Below are positions 29,296 to 38,804 of a stretch of 64,000 nt of DNA, piece after piece. Both the position numbers and the translations under genes were made by a program. The stretch lies in assembly GCA_963806225.1 (NCBI GenBank), contig CAWDXG010000004.1, positions 2,784,001-2,848,000 on the forward strand, read 5' to 3'. The notes under the pieces are model-generated. The model had not been told where the DNA came from, made no database searches, and worked only from the letters and a program-made list of their open reading frames with translations. The stretch comes from an uncultured delta proteobacterium. Lineage in GTDB: Bacteria > Myxococcota_A > Polyangia > Polyangiales > Polyangiaceae. Each line of letters starts with the position of its first letter. The stretch's first letter is position 1.

Positions 29296-31483
29296 GTGAG
29301 CCCGCTTCTCGTCGGCGAGATCGCGATAGCGGCGATCGCCGCGCTTCTGGCAGCGCTGGAGGTCTTGCTCGGCAAGGGGCGCGGTTCGAAGGAGTACGTC
29401 TGGGCCGGGGCAATCTGCCTCGCCACATCTGTGTACGCGGCGCTGCAGTTTGGTTGCTACGAGGCCGGCAGCGCGGCTCACGCCGTGACGCTACAGAAAC
29501 TCCAGTACGCGACGCTCGCGCTATTTGTGCTCGCCATTTTCGAGTACGGCTCGGTACGGCGCGGGCTATCACGGCCGTGGACGCGACGGGTCGTGCGGAC
29601 CGTCGTGCTCTTGTCCTTGGTGCCGACGCTCGCAACGAGCGCGATCCTGTCGAACCAGGTCGAATGGCAGCGGTTTCCCACGCTCGATCACCGGGTGCCC
29701 GTGCCCGTCACGACGTTCCCACTCGGGGCGCTGTTCCTGGTCGTCTGTCTGCTCCTCGCCGCGCACGGAGCGCTCGACGTGCTCAGAGGCGCGCGACGCT
29801 CGCGCCTGCTCGTGGCAGGGCTCGTGCTCTGGGTGATCACCGGCGTACACGACATAGGCATGGCTCTCGACCTGGTCCGGGGACACTTCTACCTGCTGGA
29901 GTACGGCTTCTTCGGCTTTGCGGCGGGGCTGGTGGGCCAACGCGCCGCGGAGTACACCGCGCTTCTCGACAAGGCTGAACGTGCTCGCGACGACCTGGCC
30001 GAGCAGAAACGTGGCGTGGAGGAATTGAGCCGTGCCGTCATCGAGCGTGTAGACGAGGGCATCGCTTTCGTGGACCCGGACGGCGTCACCGCCATCTGGA
30101 ACCCGATGATGGAGCGCATCACCCTGCGCACGGCCGCCGAGGTTCTGGGCCGGCGGTTCGAGACGGCGATGCTCGATGGGAGCGATAGCCCGCTCCTGGC
30201 ACAGGCCATCGAACGAACGCGCCGCACGTGTGCGCCGGAGTCAGTCGAGTTCGCGACGCCCAACGGCCGGCAGGCGCACCTGGCGGTCGTGCCGGCAGGT
30301 GCCGACCGGGATTGTCAGAGCTTCATCATCGTGCTGCGCGACGTTACGCAGCAGCGCGATCTGACCGAGCGCATGATGGAAATGGACAGGATGATCGCTG
30401 TCGGCACCTTGGCCGCGGGCGTCGGTCACGAGGTCAACAATCCGCTCTCGTACGTCTTGACGAACCTCGAATTTGCCCGCGAGCGCATGGCGCGAGAACC
30501 GGGTGAGCGGTTTCGCGAGCTCGAGGACGTCCTGGGCGAGGCCGTCTCGGGTGCTCGGCGCATCCGCGACGTGGTCGCGCAGCTGCGCGACATGGTCCGC
30601 CCGGAGCAACACGCGCCGGCCAGGGCCGTTCCGGTGGCCCGCCTCCTCGATTGGGCGGCAAAGGTCGCCAATGCCGAGATCCAGTCCCGGGCCACGCTTG
30701 AACGCGACTACGATCCCGCGGCAAGCGTACTCGGTATCGAGAGCGAGATCGGGCAGGTGTTCTTGAACCTCATGGTCAACGCGGCCCAGGCGATTCCACC
30801 GGGAGCCGCGGCGCAGCATCGAATTCGCCTGGTCACGAAGCGCGCGGGCGACGTGGTGCGCATCGAGGTCAGCGACACCGGGTCGGGGATCCGCCCGGAG
30901 CAACTGGGTCGGATCTTCGAGCCGTTTTTCACGACCAAGGCCCGTGCGGTGGGTACCGGGCTCGGGCTGGCGATCAGCCGGCGCATCGTGCAGCAGCACG
31001 GCGGTCGCATCGACGTGGAGAGCGAGCTGGGCAAGGGAACACGCTTCATCGTGGAGTTGCCTGCCGCCGAGGCGGTGGCGTCCGTCCCGGCGCCAGCGCG
31101 GGCGCAGCACGTGCCGGAGCGGCGACGACTCCTGATCGTGGACGACGACGAGCTCGTTGCGCGCTCGCTAGCACGCGCGCTGCGCCGCGATCACGAGGTC
31201 GTCGTGTCGAGTAGCGGAGCCGAGGCCATGACGAGGCTCGCAAGCGACGACAACTTCAATCTCGTGCTGAGCGATATCATGATGAGCGACATGGGGGGCA
31301 TCGAGCTCTTCGATCGCATCGAACGCGACTACCCCGATTCTGTCGGGTCACGTCATGCTCATGACGGGCGGGTTGCTCACGGACGAGGCCAAGGCCTTCC
31401 AGCGCATGCACCCGGACCGCGTACTCACGAAGCCCATCGAGGGCGGCGCGCTCGAGAGTCTGGTCGCCCGCTTCGGGTCGTAA
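29296..31483 (+). CDS. Hybrid histidine kinase (multi-TM sensor, PAS, HisKA, HATPase, REC), frameshifted at about 31338
   Basis: HEVNNPL, FEPFFTTK, GTGLGL, LIVDDD, SDIMM; the receiver continues in another frame as VMLMTGG...VLTKP...RFGS to TAA 31483. Confidence 0.88.
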
Positions 31484-31652
31484 CCGGATGCATCGCGCGC
31501 AACTCGCCCCTGTCCCATCGAGAGCAACATCGACGGCAGTTCCCAAAACATGCCAGGTTTCATCTTTGCAAAACCGAGCTGTTCTCGCTACTTGGAGATG
31601 GGAAGAGCCTCCAGGGACTATCGGGCGGGCCGGTTTGTCCGTTCCCCTAGCC

Positions 31653-33076
31653 GTGACACGACTAGCGAAGTCCCTGCACGGCCCCTCCCATCGCATTGCG
31701 GTCATCGATGACGACGCGGACCTTCGCGCCTCGTTCGCGGCAATGCTGCGACAAGATGGACACGAGGTCCGCGAGGCCGACAGTCCCGCTTCCGGCATCG
31801 AGCTGGTTCGCAGCTGGAAGCCCGAGCTGATCCTGCTCGACTACTATCTGAGCGGCGGGACCGGGGCCGAATTCGTTCGACAGTTGCGCGAATTCGAGCA
31901 CATGGCCCAGGTGTTGCTCGTCACGGGCTATGCGACCGAGCAACCCGGACGCAGGCTGCTGGCCGAGCTCGACATCCAGGGCTTCCACGACAAGAGCGAC
32001 GGCTCCGAGAGGCTGCTGGTCCTGATCGACGGTGCGCTGAAGCACTACCGGGTCAATCATCGTCTCGAGACCCATCGCGCCTACCTCGAGCGGATCCTGG
32101 GTGCGGTACCGGATATCTACCGTCTCCAGTCACCACAAGGCTTGCTGCACGCGGCGCTCGTGCATTTGAGCAACCTGGTTCAAGGCGGCGACGGTCTGGT
32201 GGCGTCGGCCAACAATGGTCTGTTCGTGTTGAGCGCAGCCGACACGGGAGTCAGCATTCACGCCGGGACGGGAAAGTACGAAGGTGCTCAGCGGCTCGTC
32301 GAGCTGGATCCGCGCGTGGCCGGGCTCGTCGCCGCAGGCATCGACGCCGAGGAACCGTACTTCGACCCGTCGAATGTGCTGCTCGTACCGCTACGCACAC
32401 GCAGCGGCGATCGCGGCTGCATGTTGCTCGAGTGTTCGGGGAGCTCCACGGACGTGACCCGCCCCTCCGTTCTCTATGCACAGCTCGTGGTCGGGGCCCT
32501 GGAGAACGTGCTCTTGTTCGAGCGCGCCACGGTGGACCAGCTCACTGGCACGCTGACGCGAGCGCACGGCATGCAGCGGCTGCGGGAGACCCTGAAGCTC
32601 GCCGAGCGCTCCGAGCGGCCCACTAGCATCCTGATGCTCGACATCGACGAATTCAAGCAGATCAACGACCGTCTTGGTCACGCAGCTGGCGACCTCGTCC
32701 TGCGGCAAATGGGCGAGGCGCTGCACGCCGCCCTTCGGGAGAGCGATATCGTCGCGCGCTACGGCGGCGAGGAGTTTCTCGTCGTGCTTCCCGATACCGA
32801 TGCCGCGGGGAGCCTGGTGGCAGCAGAGCGTGTCCGTGCGGCGATCGAGGCGCTCGTGTCGAGTACGAGAGGCAGCCCGTCGCTATCTCCATCTCGGTGG
32901 GTGTTGCGACCGCTCCGACCTCCAGACTGGCCAAGGACGTGCTACTGCGCCGCGCCGACTCGGCGCTGTACGCCGCCAAGGCGGCGGGTCGCAATCGCGT
33001 GTGCGCGGAGCAGCACGTGTCGGCCGGCGACGCCGCGAACGGCAGTCTCGTGGAGGACCGGCATGAAGCTTCTTGA
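31653..33076 (+). CDS. Diguanylate cyclase (REC, DUF3369-like, GGDEF), frameshifted at about 32859
   Basis: IAVIDDD, DQLTG, DIDEFKQINDRLGHAAGD, RESD I-site, RYGGEEF; C-terminus ISISVGVA...RADSALYAAKAAGRNRV lies in a shifted frame ending TGA 33076. Confidence 0.88.
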
Positions 33077-34448
33077 GCGACGCGCCGGGCCTACCCCGCA
33101 GCGTTGGGCGGATGACATCACCGATCTGCCTCGCTGGCAGCACCTCAACGCGCGGCGGTTTATCAAGGTGTGCATGGTGTTCAGCATCCCGATCAACCTC
33201 GTCGAGTTGAGCTTCGGGCTCACTGACACAAGGCGCACACTGGTGTTTCTCGCCGTGTTCAACGGCGTCTGGCTACTGGCGCTGGCGGCCGGGCGGCATG
33301 CGAGCACGAGGCGTCGGCCCGAAGCCTACTTGTTTGGGGTCAGCGTAGTGCTGGTCATCATGCTCTGCGTCACGCCGTGGCTGTCGATAGGGCACCACCG
33401 CCATATGGAGGATGTGCGCGTGCTGTATGCGCTGCCCTTGGCCGTGTCGACCTTCGCCTTGTGGGACCCGCGTATCACCTTGCTGTTTGGTGCCATCGCC
33501 GTCCCTGCGTCGGTCCTGGGCGAATGGTGGGCGACCGGCGTCATGCCAGCCGACGCCGTCAACCACCTCCTATTGGGAGCGTCACTTACTGCGGTGGGGG
33601 CCCTGTCCAACGCCTTCACGCGCCGCCTGTGGTCCCGGTGGGTGGCGTCGCGCGAACAGCTCACGGCCAGCGACCGCATGGTTCGGATGGGCAAGATGAC
33701 AGCGGGTATCGCTCACGAGCTGAAGACGCCGTTGGCGGCGACCGATGGCGCACTCTTGACGCTGCGGCGTCTGGAGGAGGAGCTGACCCAAAGCATCGGG
33801 CACCCCCAGGTTTCCGACGATGACCTGGGCGAAATCGTGCGTGAGATGAGCGCGCAACTCGAGCTCGCCAACCGCGCCAACCAGCGCGTGGCCGGCTTCG
33901 TCGGCGCCATTCGTCAACATACTCGCAGTCTAGTGAGCCAAGGGCACCATCGCTTTTCGGTGCGGGAGCAGGTGGCGCTGGTCCAGGTGTTATTTGCCCA
34001 TCGTCTCAAGCTCCTTGGAGTCGGCTTCGAGTACGAGGGAGATGCCGGAGCATCACTGTTCGGCGACCCGGGCAAGTTCGATCAGATCCTGACCAACCTG
34101 CTCGGCAACGCGCTCGATGCCATCGGTGAGTCCGGGGTTGGAAGTCGGGTCGTTGCGCGAGCAGAACAGCGCCCCGACGGCGTGACGCTGCAGGTGATGG
34201 ACGACGGCCCCGGGGTTCCCCCTGCAATCCGTGGCCGCATCTTCGACTACCTGTTCACGACCCGCAGCGCGGCGAACGGCACGGGGCTGGGCCTGGCTAT
34301 CTGCCGCGACATCGCCACCGGCGATTTTTCCGGCTCTCTGGAGTTTGCCGAGTCCGGAAAGGGCGCGCGCTTCGTGCTACGGCTTCGCGATGTGGCGGAG
34401 TCCGCGCGCCAGGTGCAGCCCGCGTCGGCCTTCGTTCCCGCTGCTTGA
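33063..34448 (+). CDS. Membrane histidine kinase
   Basis: GGAGG RBS and ATG 33063 (MKLLERR); several TM segments; HELKTPL, NLLGNALDA, DDGPG, GTGLGL. Confidence 0.88.
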   Translation: MKLLERRAGPTPQRWADDITDLPRWQHLNARRFIKVCMVFSIPINLVELSFGLTDTRRTLVFLAVFNGVWLLALAAGRHASTRRRPEAYLFGVSVVLVIMLCVTPWLSIGHHRHMEDVRVLYALPLAVSTFALWDPRITLLFGAIAVPASVLGEWWATGVMPADAVNHLLLGASLTAVGALSNAFTRRLWSRWVASREQLTASDRMVRMGKMTAGIAHELKTPLAATDGALLTLRRLEEELTQSIGHPQVSDDDLGEIVREMSAQLELANRANQRVAGFVGAIRQHTRSLVSQGHHRFSVREQVALVQVLFAHRLKLLGVGFEYEGDAGASLFGDPGKFDQILTNLLGNALDAIGESGVGSRVVARAEQRPDGVTLQVMDDGPGVPPAIRGRIFDYLFTTRSAANGTGLGLAICRDIATGDFSGSLEFAESGKGARFVLRLRDVAESARQVQPASAFVPAA

Positions 34449-34571
34449 AGAATCCGGGCATCCCCGACAGCCGGCGCACCGGTGGCGCAGGCCGCGCCGC
34501 CCGTCGCGCTCGAGCCGGCCGTTTCCGCGTCGCTAGCTGTGCTGAACGGCGGTCCGCGTTACAGTCCGGCC

Positions 34572-35543
34572 ATGCCGGTCGCGCCCGATCTGCCTCGAGT
34601 CGGAATGCCGTCGATCGTCGAGTCGCTGGGGCTCCGCCCGCTTGGGGAGCGGCTCAGGCAGGCCGCGATCGCGCTGCGCGGCGCCGAGGACGTTCCGCCG
34701 TCGAAGTTCGGGCCCTCCAGCCTGCGCCTGCTGTCACCGCGCTTGGCGCTGCCGCTGTGGTCGGGGCGGTTCGTGGTGCCGCGCCACGCGATCGTGACCA
34801 ACCTGTTCAACCACACCCAGACCCCGATCGCGGACGGCTGGTCGGTGAAGAAGACCCAGGTCCGCGACTTCCGCGGTGGCGCGCTCACCTACAACAGCCA
34901 CAACGGCAGCGACCTGTCGATTCCGCGTGGCACCCTGGTGGTGGCGCCGGCGCCAGCCCGGGTCGCGCGCATCGCCGCCGAGTTCAACCGGGGCGGCCTG
35001 AAGGTGATGCTCGACCACGGTGACGGGCTCTGCACCTGCTCGGCCCACCTGGCCCGGGCGCTGGTCAAGGAGGGCGACTTGATCGCCCGCGGCCAGCCGT
35101 ACGCCGTGTCGGGCTACAGCGGCCTGGACGGCCTGGTCAGTTTCCCGTTCGGCATCCCTCACGTCCACTTCAACACCTGGCTCGACGGAGAGCCGGTCGA
35201 TCCGTTCCATGACGACCCCGAGCAGAGCCTGTGGCTGGGCGGTCGCCCGACTCCCGCGACCGGGGACGAGGCCGATCCGCCCTGGACACCCGATGAGCTC
35301 GATCGAGCTGCGATCGACGAGGTGATCGCGGGTTGCCTGACCGCCACGGTGCGCGAGCGGCTGGCCGGGCTCGAGCCGCTCGAGCGCCGGGTCTACTACC
35401 TGATCTGGGAGCAGAACTACTACCCGACCCGGTTTTCGATCAGACGCCGTCTCTACCTGCGCGCTCATCCGCGCCGACCGCGGTTCAGCCTGCCCTTCCC
35501 CGCCCGCGATTTCGACGGGGTGGTGTTCGCCGATCAGCTGTAG
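34572..35543 (+). CDS. M23-family metallopeptidase without an obvious signal peptide
   Basis: HNGSD (HxxxD), SAHL, PHVHF (HxH). Start uncertain (34482, 34572 or a later Met). Confidence 0.85.
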   Translation: MPVAPDLPRVGMPSIVESLGLRPLGERLRQAAIALRGAEDVPPSKFGPSSLRLLSPRLALPLWSGRFVVPRHAIVTNLFNHTQTPIADGWSVKKTQVRDFRGGALTYNSHNGSDLSIPRGTLVVAPAPARVARIAAEFNRGGLKVMLDHGDGLCTCSAHLARALVKEGDLIARGQPYAVSGYSGLDGLVSFPFGIPHVHFNTWLDGEPVDPFHDDPEQSLWLGGRPTPATGDEADPPWTPDELDRAAIDEVIAGCLTATVRERLAGLEPLERRVYYLIWEQNYYPTRFSIRRRLYLRAHPRRPRFSLPFPARDFDGVVFADQL

Positions 35544-35620
35544 AGCCCGCGCAGAACCGCATGGTCGACGTGGCAGCGGGCGTGGCCGATCTGGCGGTGC
35601 GCTTCAGGAAGACCGACAGG

Positions 35621-36760
35621 TCAGCGCAGGATCTGCGAGTTGATGACGTTCGCGGGCTCTTTCGCGATGACGTAGAAGCCCGGCAGACCAGGGGTCTCGA
35701 AGGTGCCCTTCGGGTTGTCCCGCGTGGTGGAATCCTTGATGGTGATGGTCCCGGTCTTGTTGTTGCTCACGAAGAAGATGGCACTGCCGCCCTCGTTCGC
35801 CTTGCAGTGCTCGATCAGACTGCTCTCGAGATTCATCACGATCTCGTTGCCGTCGTTGTAGATGGCGCCGCCGTTGCCGCCCTGGCCGCTATTCGCGCCG
35901 TGGCCGACCGCGTCGTTGTAGGAAAACAACGAGTTGAGGATGTTCCACGACACACCGATGCTGCTGAGCGCACCGCCGTTCGCGCCGTGGTTGCCGTAGC
36001 CGGACTTGCCGCCGAAGGTGCTGTTGACGATCCACACCGGCCTCGCCGGGCCGGCGCCAGGCGCCACCAGGTAGTCGAGCTTGCGGATCGCGCCTCCGCC
36101 CAGGTCGGAGCCGAGATCGTCGCACACGTTGTTGAAGAAGCGGCAGTGCACGACCTTCAGACTGCCGCCCTGCGCGTAGATAGCGCCGCCGCCGGCTCCG
36201 TTGTTCTTGCTTTCGGGGATGCCCCTCGCGCTGCCGTCGACGAAGGTGAGGTTCTGCACCACAAGCGTGGGGCCGGGATTGGTGTTGCAGTCGCCCGACC
36301 CGGACGGGTATCCACCGTGCGACTTGTCGCAGGTGGACATGTAGAGGATGCGCCGCTGCCCCTGGCCGCTCAGCGTCACTTTGTTGCCGCCGTCGATGAC
36401 GACCCTCGAGACGCTGTTGTACACATTCGCCGTCGCGGTCAGCTTGATCGTGACCGGATCGGGCCCACAGTCGAAGGTGACGACGCCGCCCTTCTTCACC
36501 GCTGCTACGAACGCATCGCTGGTGCAGCTCGCCGCGGTGCCCGTGCCGATGACCGTGGTGGGCTTGGAGACGTCCTCGGCCTGACCAGCGGCGGGAACGG
36601 TCGCGTGACCATTCGCCCAGCCCGCAGGCGGCCCGTCCTGCGGATTCGTCTGCGGGGCGGGGGAAGTGGAGCCTCCGCCGCTGCTCGAACTGCAGGCGGC
36701 CAGCGTGGAAAGTGCGATGAACGCCGTAGCGAGAAGCCCTGACGAAGATGCGCGAAGCAT
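35621..36760 (-). CDS. Lipoprotein with parallel beta-helix (GGAI/FxxN polymorphic-membrane-protein-like repeats)
   Basis: Lipobox LAAC; VIDGGNKVTLSG; repeated GGAIY, GGAIR, GGAL and GSAIF. Confidence 0.8.
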   Translation of the reverse strand: MLRASSSGLLATAFIALSTLAACSSSSGGGSTSPAPQTNPQDGPPAGWANGHATVPAAGQAEDVSKPTTVIGTGTAASCTSDAFVAAVKKGGVVTFDCGPDPVTIKLTATANVYNSVSRVVIDGGNKVTLSGQGQRRILYMSTCDKSHGGYPSGSGDCNTNPGPTLVVQNLTFVDGSARGIPESKNNGAGGGAIYAQGGSLKVVHCRFFNNVCDDLGSDLGGGAIRKLDYLVAPGAGPARPVWIVNSTFGGKSGYGNHGANGGALSSIGVSWNILNSLFSYNDAVGHGANSGQGGNGGAIYNDGNEIVMNLESSLIEHCKANEGGSAIFFVSNNKTGTITIKDSTTRDNPKGTFETPGLPGFYVIAKEPANVINSQILR

Positions 36761-36844
36761 CTTCTGATTGTATCGCTCCGACCCATCACGCCGCAACGGG
36801 CGGGCAGCCGCTACAGGCGTGCCTCCGCCCCTGGCGCCGGGATC

Positions 36845-37849
36845 TCAGCGACCCTCGTCTGCCTTCGCTGCCTTGTCCAGGTAGTCCTGGATCCGCTTCA
36901 GGCTCTCGGCGCGGTCCTTCTTCTCCTGCTCCTTGTCCACTGGGTCCGCGACGAGGGGCTTGGGCTCGGCGACCTTCCTGAGCTTGACCCCCATGAACAA
37001 GCCCATCTCCGGGTTTCCTTGCCAGGTCCAGTAGCCGGGTACCGGCGATTCGAAGTGGAAGGTGACCTCCCCGGTGCCCGTTGCCGCGACGCTTCCCTTC
37101 GTCGCGGGCTGCTTGAGCTGGGTCTTGGCCTTCACCACGCCCTCATCGATGGACGAGACGGTGTAGGTCTCCGCGTAGTGGTGGGGAACGTCCACGTCGA
37201 CGCGAAAGCGGGCGCCCTTGCCGACGGGCTTGTCCGGTAGCGGTCGCACGGCCATCACAAAGTCGGGGTCGGGTTTCGGCAGTTCCTGCCCGGGAGCCGC
37301 GCCCACGCCGTACGCCGAAATCTGTCCTGTGGGCGAAGCGACATACCAGGCGAAGCGGCGGAAGTTGTCGTGTTCCACGGACACCTCGATGCGCGCGAGC
37401 TCGCCGCGCTTGCAGCGCACCCGGAACAGAAACGCTACCGAGCCGCTGCGGCCGAAGTGCGGAGTCTCGTCCTCGCTTTGCCCTGACGAATACAGACCCC
37501 ACTCGGTGCCGCCCGGCGTGAAGCGGTAGCGCATCGATGTCCGTGGCTCCGAGCCCGGCGCTTCCAGCGTGACCTGCCGCTTGGGCATCAGGGTCGCGGT
37601 CTCGTAGCGGAACGCCGCCGTGGTCTTCGGCGCGATGCAATCATCGCCAGCCGGCAGCAGAACCGCCGCACCCTTCTTGATAGCCGCACTCGCGGCAGCC
37701 TCCGGCGCAATAGCCTTGGGCGTGCGCGGAGCGGCACTGTTCGCACCGACAGCCGCGGCCGGCTTGGCACTCGCCCCCGACGGCTTCGACGACTTGCAGG
37801 CCGTGAGCGCCAGCGCAGCGACAGCAAGGGTCGTAGAGTATCGCCTCAT
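36845..37849 (-). CDS. Hypothetical lipoprotein
   Basis: GGGAGG RBS, MRRYSTTLAVAALALTAC lipobox; VTLEAPGSEPRTSMRYRF segment. Confidence 0.75.
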   Translation of the reverse strand: MRRYSTTLAVAALALTACKSSKPSGASAKPAAAVGANSAAPRTPKAIAPEAAASAAIKKGAAVLLPAGDDCIAPKTTAAFRYETATLMPKRQVTLEAPGSEPRTSMRYRFTPGGTEWGLYSSGQSEDETPHFGRSGSVAFLFRVRCKRGELARIEVSVEHDNFRRFAWYVASPTGQISAYGVGAAPGQELPKPDPDFVMAVRPLPDKPVGKGARFRVDVDVPHHYAETYTVSSIDEGVVKAKTQLKQPATKGSVAATGTGEVTFHFESPVPGYWTWQGNPEMGLFMGVKLRKVAEPKPLVADPVDKEQEKKDRAESLKRIQDYLDKAAKADEGR

Positions 37850-38111
37850 CCTACCTCCCGGCAACACGAGCCTGGCGGCATGACCGCCAGCACCACCCTA
37901 TCATCCAGCCGCCACGTCGGCGGCATCGCAAGCCCCACGATGCCCACGAGATCGCTCCTTCCACGCGAATCGGGTCAACCGCTGCATGCGCCGCGCGATC
38001 GCCAGCAAGCGCGAGCTGATGAAGCTCGGCGTGCCCAGTACGGATTGACTATGGAAGCGCAGACCCGGCTGCCCTAACCTCGCGTCGTCCAGTCTTGCCG
38101 GAAAGTCAGAC

Positions 38112-38719
38112 GTGCAAAACGGCGGTTTCGACGGCGTTGGCGGGGTGCGCGAAGGCGACATCCTGGCCGGCAAGTACCGGATCGAGAAGATCCTGGGCAC
38201 CGGCGGCATGGGCGTCGTAGTCGCTGCGCAACACATCCACCTGGACGACAAGGTCGCGCTCGAGTTCCTGCTGCCGCAAGCGACGAAGAGCCCGGAGGCG
38301 GTCGCGCGATTTGCGCGGGAAGCGCGCGCAGCCGTGAAGATCAAGCGCGAGCACGTTGCGCGGGTGAGCGACGTGGGCACGCTGGAAAGCGGCGCTCCCG
38401 TGGCGCAAGGGGCGGCCGCAACAATGGCGCAAGCCGCGCAGAGCGTGTCCGACGCCAGCGTCGCGCCACGCAAGTCGCCCCGATCGATTCCGCGTCGGAC
38501 CGGCAAGCCCAGCAAGCCAACAGTGCGACGCCAGCGCAGTCGGCCATCGCCCAGCCGCCGCCGCCGGCTCCCGCCCCCAGGACGACGAGCGCGAAGCCAG
38601 CGGTCGCCGTCGCCGTGCCGCAGCCATTGCCTCGGCCGCCGGCGGCGAAGCCAGCGCCTGTCGCGAATCCCGCGCCCAAGAAGCCATCCGTCGATTCGCT
38701 GATCAACGATCGCCAGTGA
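38112..38719 (+). pseudogene. Ser/Thr kinase pseudogene with a large internal deletion
   Basis: Subdomains I-IV (LAGKYRIEKILGTGGMGVV, VALE with K to E, HVARVSDVGTLESGAP) joined directly to an out-of-frame Pro/Ala tail ending SLINDRQ at 38719; HRD and DFG absent. Confidence 0.85.
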
Positions 38720-38804
38720 AGCGCGACGGGCAGACAAAGAGCGAGCCGCGGTGGAAGCAACGCCCGCCGTGGGCCCGAACCAGGCCGCGCTTCCGCTCGC
38801 GTGT

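Noticed and set aside
31488..34448. 986-aa REC-GGDEF-TM-histidine kinase fusion as a novel architecture
   Set aside because: The true GGDEF C-terminus lies in another frame and the kinase has its own RBS and ATG at 33063; the fusion results from a 1-nt indel.
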